DNA from: Schizochytrium sp. TIO01
Taxonomy: Eukaryota > Protista > Bigyra: Labyrinthulomycetes
Assembly: GCA_004764695.1 (NCBI GenBank)
Contig: SMSO01000014.1
Coordinates: 6,686,029-6,750,028 of the forward strand
Direction: 5' to 3'
DNA: 64,000 nt
Position numbers and translations under genes: made by a program. The notes beneath the pieces are model-generated. The model had not been told where the DNA came from and ran no database searches. It saw only the letters and a program-made list of their open reading frames with translations. This document shows positions 46,901-58,974 of this stretch, one piece after another; within the stretch, counting starts at the first letter, position 1, and each line of letters opens with the position of its first letter.

Positions 46901-49000
46901 CTTTTATAGGTAGGTACACAAGTACCTGATTGGCTATGCCTCTCTGCACACCGCCTCGCCGTTCACAGGTGCCTCCCGATTGCCCATTCTTGAAAGCTTT
47001 GTGCGCGTACGTACTCATTGGTTCATGCGCCCATTCGACAGTGTAATTGGCTTGACGCTGTTTCGCTTTCGTCACCCACTAACTGATTTCCATGTATTGT
47101 TTCCTTCTGTTTCTTATCAATGTTTTTTTTAATGGTTTTTTATTATTCTGGTTTTATGATCGTTTGAACTGTGTAATTCTCTCGAGAGTTGAGGTTTTCT
47201 TTGTCTGATTTTGAGGTTGTATGGTGACTCACCCTATTTTGAAACCGGCCTTTTTTATTCAAATGAATATATAATAAATGCGTAAACTAGGACTAATTGA
47301 TTGATATGAATGAATGATGAAATAAATGATTACGTAAATGAATTAAAGAATGAATGAATGAATAAATAAATAAACTGATCAAATGAGCAGAATACAGCAG
47401 GGTCGAAGTGGACGATACAAAAATGGGGTCTTAGCGCTGCTATGGAAAGTATGGAAAGTTCGGAAAAGATCTCATCGACTTACGTCCAGTTACACAGACA
47501 GGTACGTAGGTGGCTTCCTCCACTACGCTCGAGTCTTCTTTTTTCCCTGCTCTGATCCATGATACCTCCAATCTAACAAGTTTTCCTTCGAATTCTCTTT
47601 CTACTTTTACTTAAGGTTGTTTTCAAATCGAACAAGCACTTTGAAAAGGAAAGGGAAACAGAAAACGCCACTTCGAAGAAAAACAAGAAACCTTCTGCAA
47701 TGTTTTATACTTCGAAACGACCCAAAACTACACAAATACAACAACGTGGTGTATACATATTGGAAAGAACATTTCTTTCACAGCACCGACCGCCTGTCAA
47801 AAGCAGACTCGCATTCATGCAAATGGCGCAGGCAGGCTGTCCTTAAGAGAGAGAGCACGCATGCATCGATCTATTTATCCTCAAACTCAATAAAGTTAAT
47901 CACAAAAACAATAATAGCAACTTTTCAAACAAATAAACCTTTCCATTTAAAAAGAAAGAAAGAAAAAACAAAAAGGTGATCGAAGGTAAACTAAAGAGGG
48001 AAGTTTGCAGAATCCGTGGGAAGAGTAGAAGAAGAGGCCTCTGGAGTCCTCCAAGCCAGTAAGTCCCTCGGTTGCTGGTTAAGGACGAACGAACGGAGAG
48101 GAGAGCCTTCGAAGCTAAACGAAAGCGCATCGCCCGTCCTCCTCTCTACCCCTTTGGCCCTCCCCCACTCGGCTTCCGCCCCTTCCTCTCGCCCCTTTCA
48201 CAGAGTTAGTTGGGCTCTCTTGTTTGTTTTCCGATTCCTCAGAATTGATTAATGAATTTATTCATTCATTCACTCTTCACCGTCAGCTGAAAGAACGTTC
48301 CACTCACTCACCCAGCTATTCGCCCACTCTGAGGCGAACTAAGGAAAGAACGGAACACCGCCCGCCGGCCGCTTAACTACCTAGGTGCTTGCTAGGCAAG
48401 CGCTAGTATGGCTAGCGCCAAAGCGCGAAGAGAACGCAGCGAAAAGAACGGAGGCCTAGCGTCGTTAGGAGGAGTGTTAGGCGGGTGCTAGTGAATGCGG
48501 TAGGAGGGGCCTAGAGGCTTGCTTGAACGATGGACGTTTCGTTTCGGGAGCGTCCTTGCGACTTCTGAGGGGAACGACGAAGAAGAAGGAAGTCAACGAA
48601 GAGGAAATAGATAATCTTGGCTACAAGAAGACTTGCTGAGCTGAGTGGCGTGTCGTATGCACAGGGTCAGTCAGGGAATCCACGAAGAACGAAAGAAACA
48701 GCGAGAGAGGGGGTTGCTTCAGGGAGCTCAGCACTGGTACCCATCATAGCTGTTGATAACTTGTCGAAAAGCTGGATCTTGCTGAGGTTTTTGCAATTTT
48801 CAGACAGTATTTTGTTGTGTTTTCAAAGAAGAATGTTTAACACGAACAACGATGTAGGGGCCTCCTATGCCTCTTCTATGGCCGGAATAGATTTATTTTT
48901 TGCATTTATTCTTTAAAAGAATCTAATAGATGAGTTGACTTCTTCTCTTCAATGGAGGGTGCTGATGCAATGAAAGACAGGCTCTGTCTGCACTTGAAGT

Positions 49001-49160
49001 GAATTGAATCGAATTGAATTGAGTTGAATTGAATTAAATTGAAATGAATTGAATTGAATTGAATTGAATTGAATTGAATTGAATTGAATGAAATGAATTG
49101 AATTGAATTGAATTGAATTGAATTGAATTGAATTGAATTGAATTGAATTGAATTGAATTG
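49001..49160. repeat. (GAATT)n microsatellite, about 32 units
   Basis: Read directly; a few variant units. Confidence 0.95.
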
Positions 49161-49532
49161 CAATACAAACACGGCGAACGAAACGATGGATCGGGAAAAG
49201 AGTTAATAAATCGACGAAGCGGTTTGCATGCAAACAGTCGCCAAACCAGCGAGTGCGAGCTCCTTTCGCATCCGACCACGGCGAAGATGTAGAGAAAGAA
49301 TCCCAGTGCGACAGATACGCTTTCAGTCCTCAGCGCTGATCTTGACTCAGTCAGTCGCATAGAAGAGCTGAGCTGTTCATGGTTGTTCTATGCTTCGTTT
49401 TGGTCCCGAAAGAAGTCATAACATACATCACTTTGCGATCGCAAGTTCGCTCACGCGTCGAAGATACATTGAATTGACACTGATGTTGAGGTTCCCCTTT
49501 TTATATCACAAGCGCAATGGCACACACAAATA

Positions 49533-49563
<31 letters not shown>

Positions 49564-49859
49564 TTCGCTCTTCGAAGGGAAGTTTTGACTTGTGTATGAT
49601 TTTGTTTGGTTTTCTGTCTCTTCAGTTCAAAGTTGTGTGAATGAATGAGGATAACTAAAGCGCGCCGTCCTTTCTAATTCGTTTTCTGTCAAGTTCGTTC
49701 TTTTTGTTGTTTTCTGCCTTCGTTTTCTTTCGTTTTTCTCTTTTCAACTAACTCGAAAAGACACACACTCACATAAGAGCCACGGCGAGAATTGATGAGA
49801 GCGACATTGAAGGGTCCTCGCCGCGAGGCGGGCAAAGCTCGAGAAGACTGCGCGGGTAG

Positions 49860-50258
49860 ACGCATCCGTGGACGGGTGTGGAAGACGCAGCAGGCGGAAA
49901 GTGCATGCACGCATGAAGGGATGAAGGGTTCCGGCCGGCCCAGGCAGACACGTGGCGGCCTGGAAGTACTCCCCCGCTTGCTGATCCTCGAGATCCCAAG
50001 ACGGATGAAGAGGCCAACCCCTCGAGGAGCATAGCCTGCTGCCCTCGACAACAAAATATCCGAACAGTAGCCTGCAGAGGTCAACGGGCTGCTGCAGATC
50101 TCATCCCTGCTCGCACCAACCGTCGCGAAGAGGCAGGACAGAATATATCTTGTTGTTATGTTGTCGTTGTTGATGGCGATGATGTCTGCCTCCAAACTCC
50201 ATCCCGAGCACTCTGCTCGGGGACCGTCAGACTCCAGGCTTTGAGGGAGGCGTGGTGA
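49860..50258 (+). pseudogene. PH-like domain relic, putative C-terminus of the fossil ARM gene
   Basis: GRVWKT...GRPRQ...LLIL /fs/ then an 88-codon stretch from 49992: DPKTDEEANPSRSIACCPRQQNIRTVACRG...L...RREEAGQNISCCYVVVVDGDDVCLQTPSRALCSGTVRLQALREAW*. The order 'I..V..G', 'C(F/Y).V', '.L.T.S' and terminal 'AL' helix fits a PLC/Mcp5-type PH domain. Confidence 0.55.
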
Positions 50259-52323
50259 GGTCTCACCTATGCATGACCTGACTAGTGGACCTGAGCCCGC
50301 TCGACGGCAACTGTATCTTAGTTGCTAGGTTGGCACTCTGGCAGCTTTGGTAACTCAATTTGACTTTCTGTGGCATTCGATATTGAAGCATGAAGCCAGA
50401 TTCGACCTCCCTATCAGGGATTCTTATTATGGCAAAAGCCGCTGCGAAAACAACCAAACAACAGCGGTTGCAGCATATCAATAATCAAAGCTCCTCCCCA
50501 GACCTATGCGTGAAGACTCGCCTTCTTTCTTTCATAAGCACGATGCGAGTCTTTTTCTTCTCTTTTTAGAGTAATCAACTCGGGAGCTCTGCCACTGATT
50601 CGCTCACAAACACATCCGTAGCAGCCATGGCATTCATAGCGTAAATCCTCCTGTGCTGTATAGTAGCTAGCTAGGTAGCTAGGTTCAAGACTATGATAGA
50701 TGTTAGATATCTTAGCCTGCTCTTTGAATTGTTTCTGAGTTTTCGAGGTCCCTAGGTATTCTTTGAATGTTAATATATAGTTGAACAAGATTGACCTAAT
50801 TAATAATTGATTGTTAAGATCATGAGCTTTAATTTCGTTTCGACTTGATCTGGACGAACAAAACCAGTGCGAAAGACCATCTACTTTTGCAGATTTTCGA
50901 GTATGATAGACTTGGTTGGGTTAAGGACGGCAAAAATGTTCACAGGAAAAATTATTATTTTCTCTAACCCAGTGTCTTTCATCGAGACCATCCATTTTGC
51001 GAAGTACATCTCATTCGCTCCCACCTAAACACATAGGCTACCTACCTAAGTAGAGTTTATCTTTGTTTGTTTGTTTGCTTGCTTGCTTGCTTGTTTGTTT
51101 GTTTTGTTATCCAAGAAGAGCCCAAATCAGGCAGTTGGAGTCAATATTATAACAACTATCCCCCAAATGCGTGTACACAACAAACTTATCGGATACCGCT
51201 TGCTTGCATGTACTACTTTTTTGACTTTGCGTTGGCCGCTGCTTCCCATTCGATCTTCTCGCCTCGGAGTAAGTAAGTAACTTCGTAGCACCTGCGTACC
51301 TCCAGCTGCTTTATACTTCTTCGTCGCCGGCTTCGAGTTCCCCTTCCTTCTACCAGACATTCTTCTATCAGGCAGACTGTGCCTGTGTCAAGAGGCTGAA
51401 TTCGCAGGACCAAGGTAAGGCGGATGAGCACGAGCGTGGCGCGGCAACACAACGCAACGCAATCAAGGGTAGCGGCATCCGTCAATCAGCGACAGGAAGG
51501 TTTGCTTGTTTTGTGCTGTCTTTGCAACTCGCTCGTCGAACTCGGTCCAAAAGGATCCTCGAAGAGAGAGATGGAAAGAAGTTCGAGAGCACAGAATGCA
51601 TGAATCGGCGACGAGGAGAGCGAATTACATTTTGACATTATGGAGATGATACAAGTGGAAGAAGCGGAAAGCGGAAGCAGCGACCTCTTCTACCAATGAA
51701 ATCTTCCGCTAGTCTGCCTGGCTAGCCATCCCCGCAAAACGACGAGAAAGACTCCGCTGTCGGCAGCCAACGGGAAGGACGAGACGGCCACGAGGCTCTT
51801 GTGCTTGGCCTGCTTCTCTCCCCTGCGAAGAGTATCCACCAACCAAAGGTCGCAATATCCGTCTTTATCCTTTGTCCATACGATTAGCTATCCATCTCTA
51901 TCTATACAGCTCACCAGACTTTCTTTCGTTCTTTCGTTCTTTCGTTCTTCCGTCTCATTCTTAGGAACGAACCATCACGAAGTAAAGCTTAAGCAATTGC
52001 GAATAACGAATTTAGACCCCAATCAAAACAAACTACAAACTACTGCCGTCGCAAGTTTTGAGGCCAAGTGGGCTTTCATCAACGGCGGCACTCCGTGATG
52101 GTTTTGACAACGTTCTGCAGGGTTTACGTGCGTAGTTTGGATCTCGAAACTAAGCCTGAAGCTTCTTCTTCAACATACATATCAATCTCTCTCCGAGTGA
52201 TATTGCGTTATAATGCAATCTATGACTCTTTCAAGCTCTACTTGAAATGCTGAGAGAGAGAAATGAAGTATAAAGCCCCCCTCAAAACTGACGAACACAG
52301 GCAAAGAAAGGCAAACACTCACT

Positions 52324-52404
52324 CAGTCACTCACTCAGTCAGTCAGTCAGTCAGTCAGTCAGTCAGTCAGTCAGTCGATCGATCGATCGATCGATCGATC
52401 GATC
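52324..52404. repeat. Compound (CAGT)n-(GATC)n microsatellite
   Basis: Read directly. Confidence 0.9.
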
Positions 52405-53360
52405 AATCGAACGAAAGAATGAATCAAACGATCAGACGATCGAACAGTCAATATGAATTGAATCTGCTGCGTCTTTCATGGTCTGCAGAACGAACAGCTA
52501 TGGAGGAAAGGGTTCTTTCAAACTGGCCAGCGAGATAAAGAAAAGAGAGGATCGTAGTAGTCGAGGCGGGTTCCCCTCCTCTTTTCTTTTCTTTCTTTTC
52601 TTTCTTTTTGTTTCTTTCTTTTTTTCTTTTGTTGTTTGTTTATTTACTTAATTTCCAAACAAATATACACAGCATATACATGGGGAAATAGAGTGCCTTC
52701 CTACTCCGCAGGACGCGGCGAAATGAAGTATCTGTCTGTTGCTCTGCTTGTTCTCCAGTGTTTCTGTTATCCTTCGACTTCGACCTCGACCTCGCTCCCT
52801 CCAACGAACACGCTCTGTCGATTTTAATTCATGTCGGCCCCTCTGACTCGCGATTCCTTGCTCGCCTCGCGTTGGTAGGAAGGGCGACTTCGGCTTTGAT
52901 CTTTCTTGATCGATTGATCTTCTTCTTTCCATCGATTGAGTGAGCTTTCTTTCTTTTCATCGCGAATCACTGCTTTAAAATTCTCTCTCTTCTTTTATGT
53001 TGGCTGACCTTACGTACGTTATGTTATGCTAGGTTTTTAACGCGCGCCGCATTTTCATCATTATTCGTTCACGGAGGAGAACTCCAACGAGAACTCCTAC
53101 AAATAAAAAAGAAGCCCGAAAATGAAATAAAAGAAGAAGGAAGCTCCCTCAGGCGCTGATTGACCTCTGTGCCATCGACGACAGCGTTGCCTTTCGCCAC
53201 TGATGGCGCATTTAGACTGGCGTCCCGAGCCCTGTTCTTTTCTTTCTTGCTTGCTTTCTTTTCAATTGATTTAGTTTTGGTTCCAAAGTTAAGTCAAGTC
53301 AGTTAGTTTGTCTTTTTCTTTTAATCCTTTTAATTGAATGTGTTTCCCTACTCAGCTTTT

Positions 53361-53396
<36 letters not shown>

Positions 53397-53527
53397 TTCT
53401 TTTTACCTCTCGTTTACTTTTCAAGTTTAATTAAATATGCTTATTTAGCAAAATTAGTTTTTATCTTGAAAACATTTTTTATTTTTTTATTTGAGATAAG
53501 TTGAAAATCATTGTTTTTCTTTTTTAT

Positions 53528-53967
53528 TAAAATAAAATAAAATAAAATAAAATAAAATAAAATAAAATAAAATAAAATAAAATAAAATAAAATAAAATAA
53601 AATAAAATAAAATAAAATAAAATAAAATAAAATAAAATAAAATAAAATAAAATAAAATAAAATAAAATAAAATAAAATAAAATAAAATAAAATAAAATAA
53701 AATAAAATAAAATAAAATAAAATAAAATAAAATAAAATAAAATAAAATAAAATAAAATAAAATAAAATAAAATAAAATAAAATAAAATAAAATAAAATAA
53801 AATAAAATAAAATAAAATAAAATAAAATAAAATAAAATAAAATAAAATAAAATAAAATAAAATAAAATAAAATAAAATAAAATAAAATAAAATAAAATAA
53901 AATAAAATAAAATAAAATAAAATAAAATAAAATAAAATAAAATAAAATAAAATAAAATAAAATAAAA
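53528..53967. repeat. (TAAAA)88 perfect pentanucleotide array, 440 bp
   Basis: Uninterrupted in the sequence; source of the spurious FILFY ORF 53508-54119. Confidence 0.97.
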
Positions 53968-54305
53968 CTGTATGGCGCAGCTACGTGATTTGAGGAAGCC
54001 AAAGTACCAAGCAGAAATGTTCTTTCAGTTCCTGTCTGACTGACTGACTGACTGTTCGCTGAGCGGAGGTATTGGCTGTTGGTTTCTTTGGTGTTGTTGA
54101 CAGTATTAACGCGAACCAACCATGGAAATGAGATCTACGATTGACTGACTGTTTCGCCCTCCCTTCCACTCGATTACTCTATTGCTAAAGCACTGACAGA
54201 CTCAATCGCTCGCGCAGACTACTTTACCTTCTTCTTCTTTTAACCTTCTTTCGCTCTCCTTTCCTTTCCTTTCCTTTCTCCACTTAATTAAAATCTACCC
54301 AGTTT

Positions 54306-54341
<36 letters not shown>

Positions 54342-55588
54342 CTTTTTCTTTTCTTTTCTTTTCTTTTCTATTTTTAGAGTATGATCTATTTTCTGTTCTC
54401 GTTATTAGTTTTGTGTTGTAGGCCTGCGATGAAGGTGAAGGAAGTTGTCACGACAATGCGTATTAATTGTTTTCAGGTAAGTTTTACTCCTCCCGCGCTG
54501 AGAGAGAGAGAGAGAGCTCTTAGTTATCTATCCTCCAAATAATAATTTTGATAAATATATAAATAAACAAATAAATAAATGAAGAGGAATTTATAAAATA
54601 AAACAAAACAAAACAAAACAAAACAAATAATAATAAATAATAAATAATAAAGATAGAAGGGAGAGGCAGCTGATTAAGCAATCAGGTCAGTTTGAGATCG
54701 ACTTTTACATGACAGAATGTCCATGATACCTCCTCCATTTTAAGAGAGGCTCCACTTCATCTGCTGCCTTCTACTCCGTCGCGAAATGCTGCTCTTGTTT
54801 TTCTGTTCATGTTACCCCCTCTCCTCCTTCCTGTTCCCTTTCCCTGCAACTCAAAAGCGGTGCGTGGGAAAGTCGAGCGATTAATGATTAATTAAAAAGA
54901 AAAAGAAATGAAAAGAAGAGGAAAAAGGTTCTTTCTTCGTCCATCCCAAAGAAACAGACAAACAAAACCAGAACGAAGAGAGATCGATCACCGTCGAAGA
55001 AGTAAGGAATCGATCTATAGCTCGGCCCTTCGAAGTCTGCTCTGCCTGCCCTCTACTAGCTGTAGTAGCAGAACCCCTAGGCCTGCTCCCTGTTCTCCTC
55101 CCCACGCCGGGCAGGCGCCAGCAAACCCCAAACGGCATCGAGCTGCGGCGCTTCTGAAAGGCCTATTCATTCATTCATTCATTCATTCATTCATTCATTC
55201 CTTCATTCATTCATTGGGTCACTCATACATATACTCATCTATAGAATCCTTCTTCGCTCACAAAGCGATCAGTCGATCGATCACTTGGTCACATACATAA
55301 ACTGCTGCTGACACCAGAGGAGGCGTCGAAGCGCTCCGGACGTTGACACTCTGCCCGCACGCGAGACGAAGAAGAGCAGCGACAGCTCAGCGTAAGAGGT
55401 CTGTCTGTCTGTCTTGTTGGTTGGTTGGTTGGTTTCTTGTCTTGATTGAGCACAGGGGAAGAAGCGATCGCGGGACAGGGAGTGATTGAACATCTGGAAC
55501 TCTGGGAACGGAGAGAACAATAGAGAAAGAACGAGAACAAGAACAAGAACAGAGGCGGCAAGACGGAGGAGGGCAAGGACGGCACGGG

Positions 55589-57569
55589 ATGCCGTGCTCT
55601 GCGCAGCGCGAAGAGGAGGCGGCTAGAGCCTTGGCAGAAGTGCAGGACCTCCTGCTGAAGAGGCACGCGGCAGACCACAAGAGGCGGACACTGCGAGGAG
55701 GCCGGCGCAGCTCGAGCTGCTCCAGCGCATGCAGTGTGCCCTCGGCGGCACCCAACGCGAGCGCTCTTAACAATAGTTCTAATTGCAAGAGCAACAATAA
55801 TAAGAAGAAGTCGAGTGTGTCAGCATCTTCGCTGGCGACCAGACCGACGACAATGATGGCGTCGCACATGAACAAGACGGACTCGGAGAAGAAGGCCGTA
55901 TCGATGCCGAGTTCCACGGCGGTTCCGGCTGGCGCCAGTCCAGAAGACTGTGGTAATGGTCTGGGACTTTGTGAAGCACCCAAATCTTGCCAAGGCTTAG
56001 AGGTATGTAACCGAGACCTGACCCGAGACCGCGTGCCGAGCACAGCACAGATGCCAGGCGACGATGCAGAGGTAGAAGAGCCGTGGCCCGCAGAAGAAAT
56101 CGAGGGATATGTCGCACTCGGTCGTAGAGAGCAGGCACCGGAACCTCACAGAGACTTGGCGGAGCTTAGGAGGCAGCAGGACCCCACGCCTAACAGATTG
56201 AGTCAGGAAAATCACGGCATGCAAACTGCAGCCTGGAGTAGACTTATGCGGAACCCAAGCAGTAGTAGTAGTAGTATCAGTAGCAGCAGCCTTGGAACTG
56301 CTCACTACGAAGAAGAAGATGATGATGATGATGAGCAAGCAAGAGCAAGGACAGGACCACAGTCAGCAAGATCAGTTCTCACATGATCGGCAAGTCAACC
56401 AACAAGCAGTCCTCACAACCTCAGAACTAGGAGAATTAGAAGAAGCTCAAAGTATCGGCGCATCTAGCCTTAGTCGGCAAACCTCTGCCGTGAGCCTGGA
56501 CCAGAGCTCTGCTGCAATGGATGCAGTCAGTTTGCACCCGAAGGTCCAGCTTGTAGAGTGCGAGCCCTGGGGGCAAGTCGTACTCAAAGTCATCGACACT
56601 GGGGCCGACACCTCACGGACGCTCATGCTCGCCCACAATGAACTTCAATACTTTCGTGCCCAGCGCGAGGATGATGAGCGTATAGCTCGCCAACAATGCC
56701 GCCATCAAGATCTTCGAGTGCAACGGCCGCGTCACCACCGTCGCAACGATAGCACATCATCATCTGCAGCATCTTCGCTGGGATCATTCGTGGAATCTGA
56801 AACGAATGCTATTGGCAACATTTTCTTGGCCAAAGGTAGACAGCATGTCATCGATATGCTCTTTTGGGAGAACCATGGTCCTGAAGTTCATTTGGCCTTC
56901 CGTTTCTGTGCTCGTGGCGATCTCTTTGCGCTTCTTGCACAGATTGAGCTATGCGCACATGACATTCGTCTCTATGCAGCAGAAATTGCTTCCGCTATTG
57001 GCTACGTACATAGCTTGGGTTTTCGGCATGGAGATGTAAAAGCTGAGAACATTGGCATCGACGAAGAAGGACATTGCGTTCTCCTCGACTTTGACTTGGC
57101 ACATAAACTCGAACCAGGACAGCGTTCAATCAGCAATTCAGGCTCTCTTCTCTATGCAGCTCCCGAAGTCCTTTGTCGTTTTCCGCATCGCCTCGAGAGC
57201 GACTGGTGGAGCGTCGGGGTGCTTATTTTCGAAATGGCATACGGATACATGCCTTTTGATCACCCTGATCCGCAAGTCTTATGTGATCAGATCTGCACTG
57301 AGCCATATATGCATGGCGATTTTCCTGTACACGGATCTCAGGATGCTAACATTCTTCTTGAGTCCGTCATTGATCAATTTCTTGAGAAAAACCCGCAAGA
57401 TCGCCTTGGCAGTGGTGCAGACTTTGCTGAAGTCATTCGTCATCCTTACTTCCGAGGTCAACGCACTCATAGTCATGAGACCCAAGATGACGCAGAATGG
57501 ACTTGGTCTTCCTTTGTCCAAGGCTCATATACACCACACTGGCTCACAAGTGCTTCCCCTTTGAACTAA
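55589..57569 (+). CDS. Atypical AGC-like Ser/Thr kinase with a long low-complexity N-terminus (one +1 frameshift near 56337; alternative start at ATG 56319)
   Basis: ORF 56292-57569 has VVLK, HNE, RFCARGDLF, RLYAAEIASAIGYVH, HGDVKAEN, LLDFDLAH, GSLLYAAPE, DWWSVGVLIFEM, NPQDRLGS and HPYF. ORF 55589-56386 joins it in frame if one A is removed at 56337-56338 (DDE|QQEQGQDH), giving about 659 aa. Confidence 0.85.
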
Positions 57570-58974
57570 AACGAAGCTCGGCTATTTACTTGAGCCAAAC
57601 ATTCTCTTTGTCACAAACATACATGCACTCTGACTCTTCAGAGTTACCACTCTTTCTACACTTTATGCAATATGTGATGCTGACATAGATAGAGCCCTTT
57701 ACCTTTGAAGTCTAACATTTTGTCGTTTCCCTTCCCCAGGAGAAAGAAGCTACATTCGTACAAAGCCAGCAACATTGTACTTCCTGCGATAAAAGTTAGC
57801 AAAGGAGGGCAGGCGAAAGGGGCTATTCCCCTAATTACCTCTAGCAAATATCAGTTCGTGAGGAAGCCGACTGCTGCCTCGAAGTTCTTACTTACAGCTA
57901 TAGAACCTTCCTTGCATCGTTCCTTTCTCTCCAATCAATGTGACATTACTACTTATTCGTACTGTATCGCTTCCCGGTGTTAAACGTCTTTTGCAATACT
58001 ACACTATATCTATATTATATCATTGACCGCTGATGGTTCTTTTCTCCAAGGTGAAATCAACATAAAAGCACAAAATCCTGGGTAAACTCAAAAATTACAA
58101 CGACCACGTATAAAAACGTTTCGATGATACCCTTTCTCGACTGCACCTCAGCTCATTGTTGTACATACGATCTGATTTGACCAAACCAAAGAAAAGAGCC
58201 AACCCCCCACGAATATCTCGCTACAGCAGAATCCTGTAGTACATATATTCTGACATGTCCTTATTTTCTGCACATAACATTTAATTCATTCGTTTATCAT
58301 CATCAACTACATCTTTCATCTTTCCTTTGTTCTCTATGTAAGATATCTATGATCTCAAGCAAAATAATCCTTCATTTAATTTGGAAATATATTCTTCCTT
58401 GTTGCTTGCATATTAAGTAGAAACAGCCGTGAGCTATTTTATTTCCTTTTCTGTTTTTCAACACTTAAGACCAAGGAAAGATAAGGCTTGCTGTAGTGAA
58501 GGATTCCTCCAAAGGTATTCTTACATGAAACCACATCCTACTTCATTTGGCAGGGTCGAATATCAAATTTTAAGTCAGCGTGACAACAAACACACACATT
58601 AATTTACCTAAAGTTCTTTAGTTATGTAACAAACTTGCATACTTGTCTTGATGCTGAATGGTCTTATACCACTCTCATCCTGAAATTCCAGTGCTGAGGT
58701 AGTAAGTACTATATGTGTCATTATTACATGTACCTCCAAAGCTCTGCTTGCAGGTATTAACAGAACAAGTACTAAGCTATTCAACATTCAAATGCGGTAG
58801 AGGGGTATAAAATATCGGGAACAAGAATAGGCAGCGCATGGCATGCTGTGGGCGCAAGGCTTCGTTCATCTCGCAAATAATTCGTAATAAAAGCAGAACT
58901 AAAATTTTGGCAGCGCTCCTGGAGGAATAAAGATACGGGTATTAAGACTACCCCTGATGTAATCAATTTGCTAT

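Larger units (their letters stand above)
16688..50258 (+). pseudogene. Heavily decayed, repeat-inflated fossil of a giant armadillo-like repeat protein gene with a C-terminal PH-like domain (boundaries approximate)
   Basis: More than 15 GC-rich islands, all on the + strand, translate into ARM-like peptides: 'hydrophobic-x-GG/G-x-x-hydrophobic' helix turns, 'AMKRH/MQKH' helix ends and 'AL..L' helices. They are broken by stops and frameshifts every few dozen codons and end with a PH-like segment at about 49.9-50.26 kb. Manual translation only; no HMM search. Confidence 0.62.

Noticed and set aside
51380-52100. Possible further coding relics downstream of the PH-like segment
   Set aside because: Only short, unconvincing peptides; no family could be assigned.
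53508-54119. 203-aa FILFY-repeat ORF (and the IQFNS ORFs at 48906-49360)
   Set aside because: Translations of the (TAAAA)n and (GAATT)n microsatellites.
16000-55500. Retrotransposon, DNA transposon or endogenous virus as the source of the 40-kb block
   Set aside because: I found no RT (YxDD), integrase/transposase, gag zinc-knuckle or capsid-like peptides, and no LTR or TIR pair. Relics could still be too decayed to see by eye.
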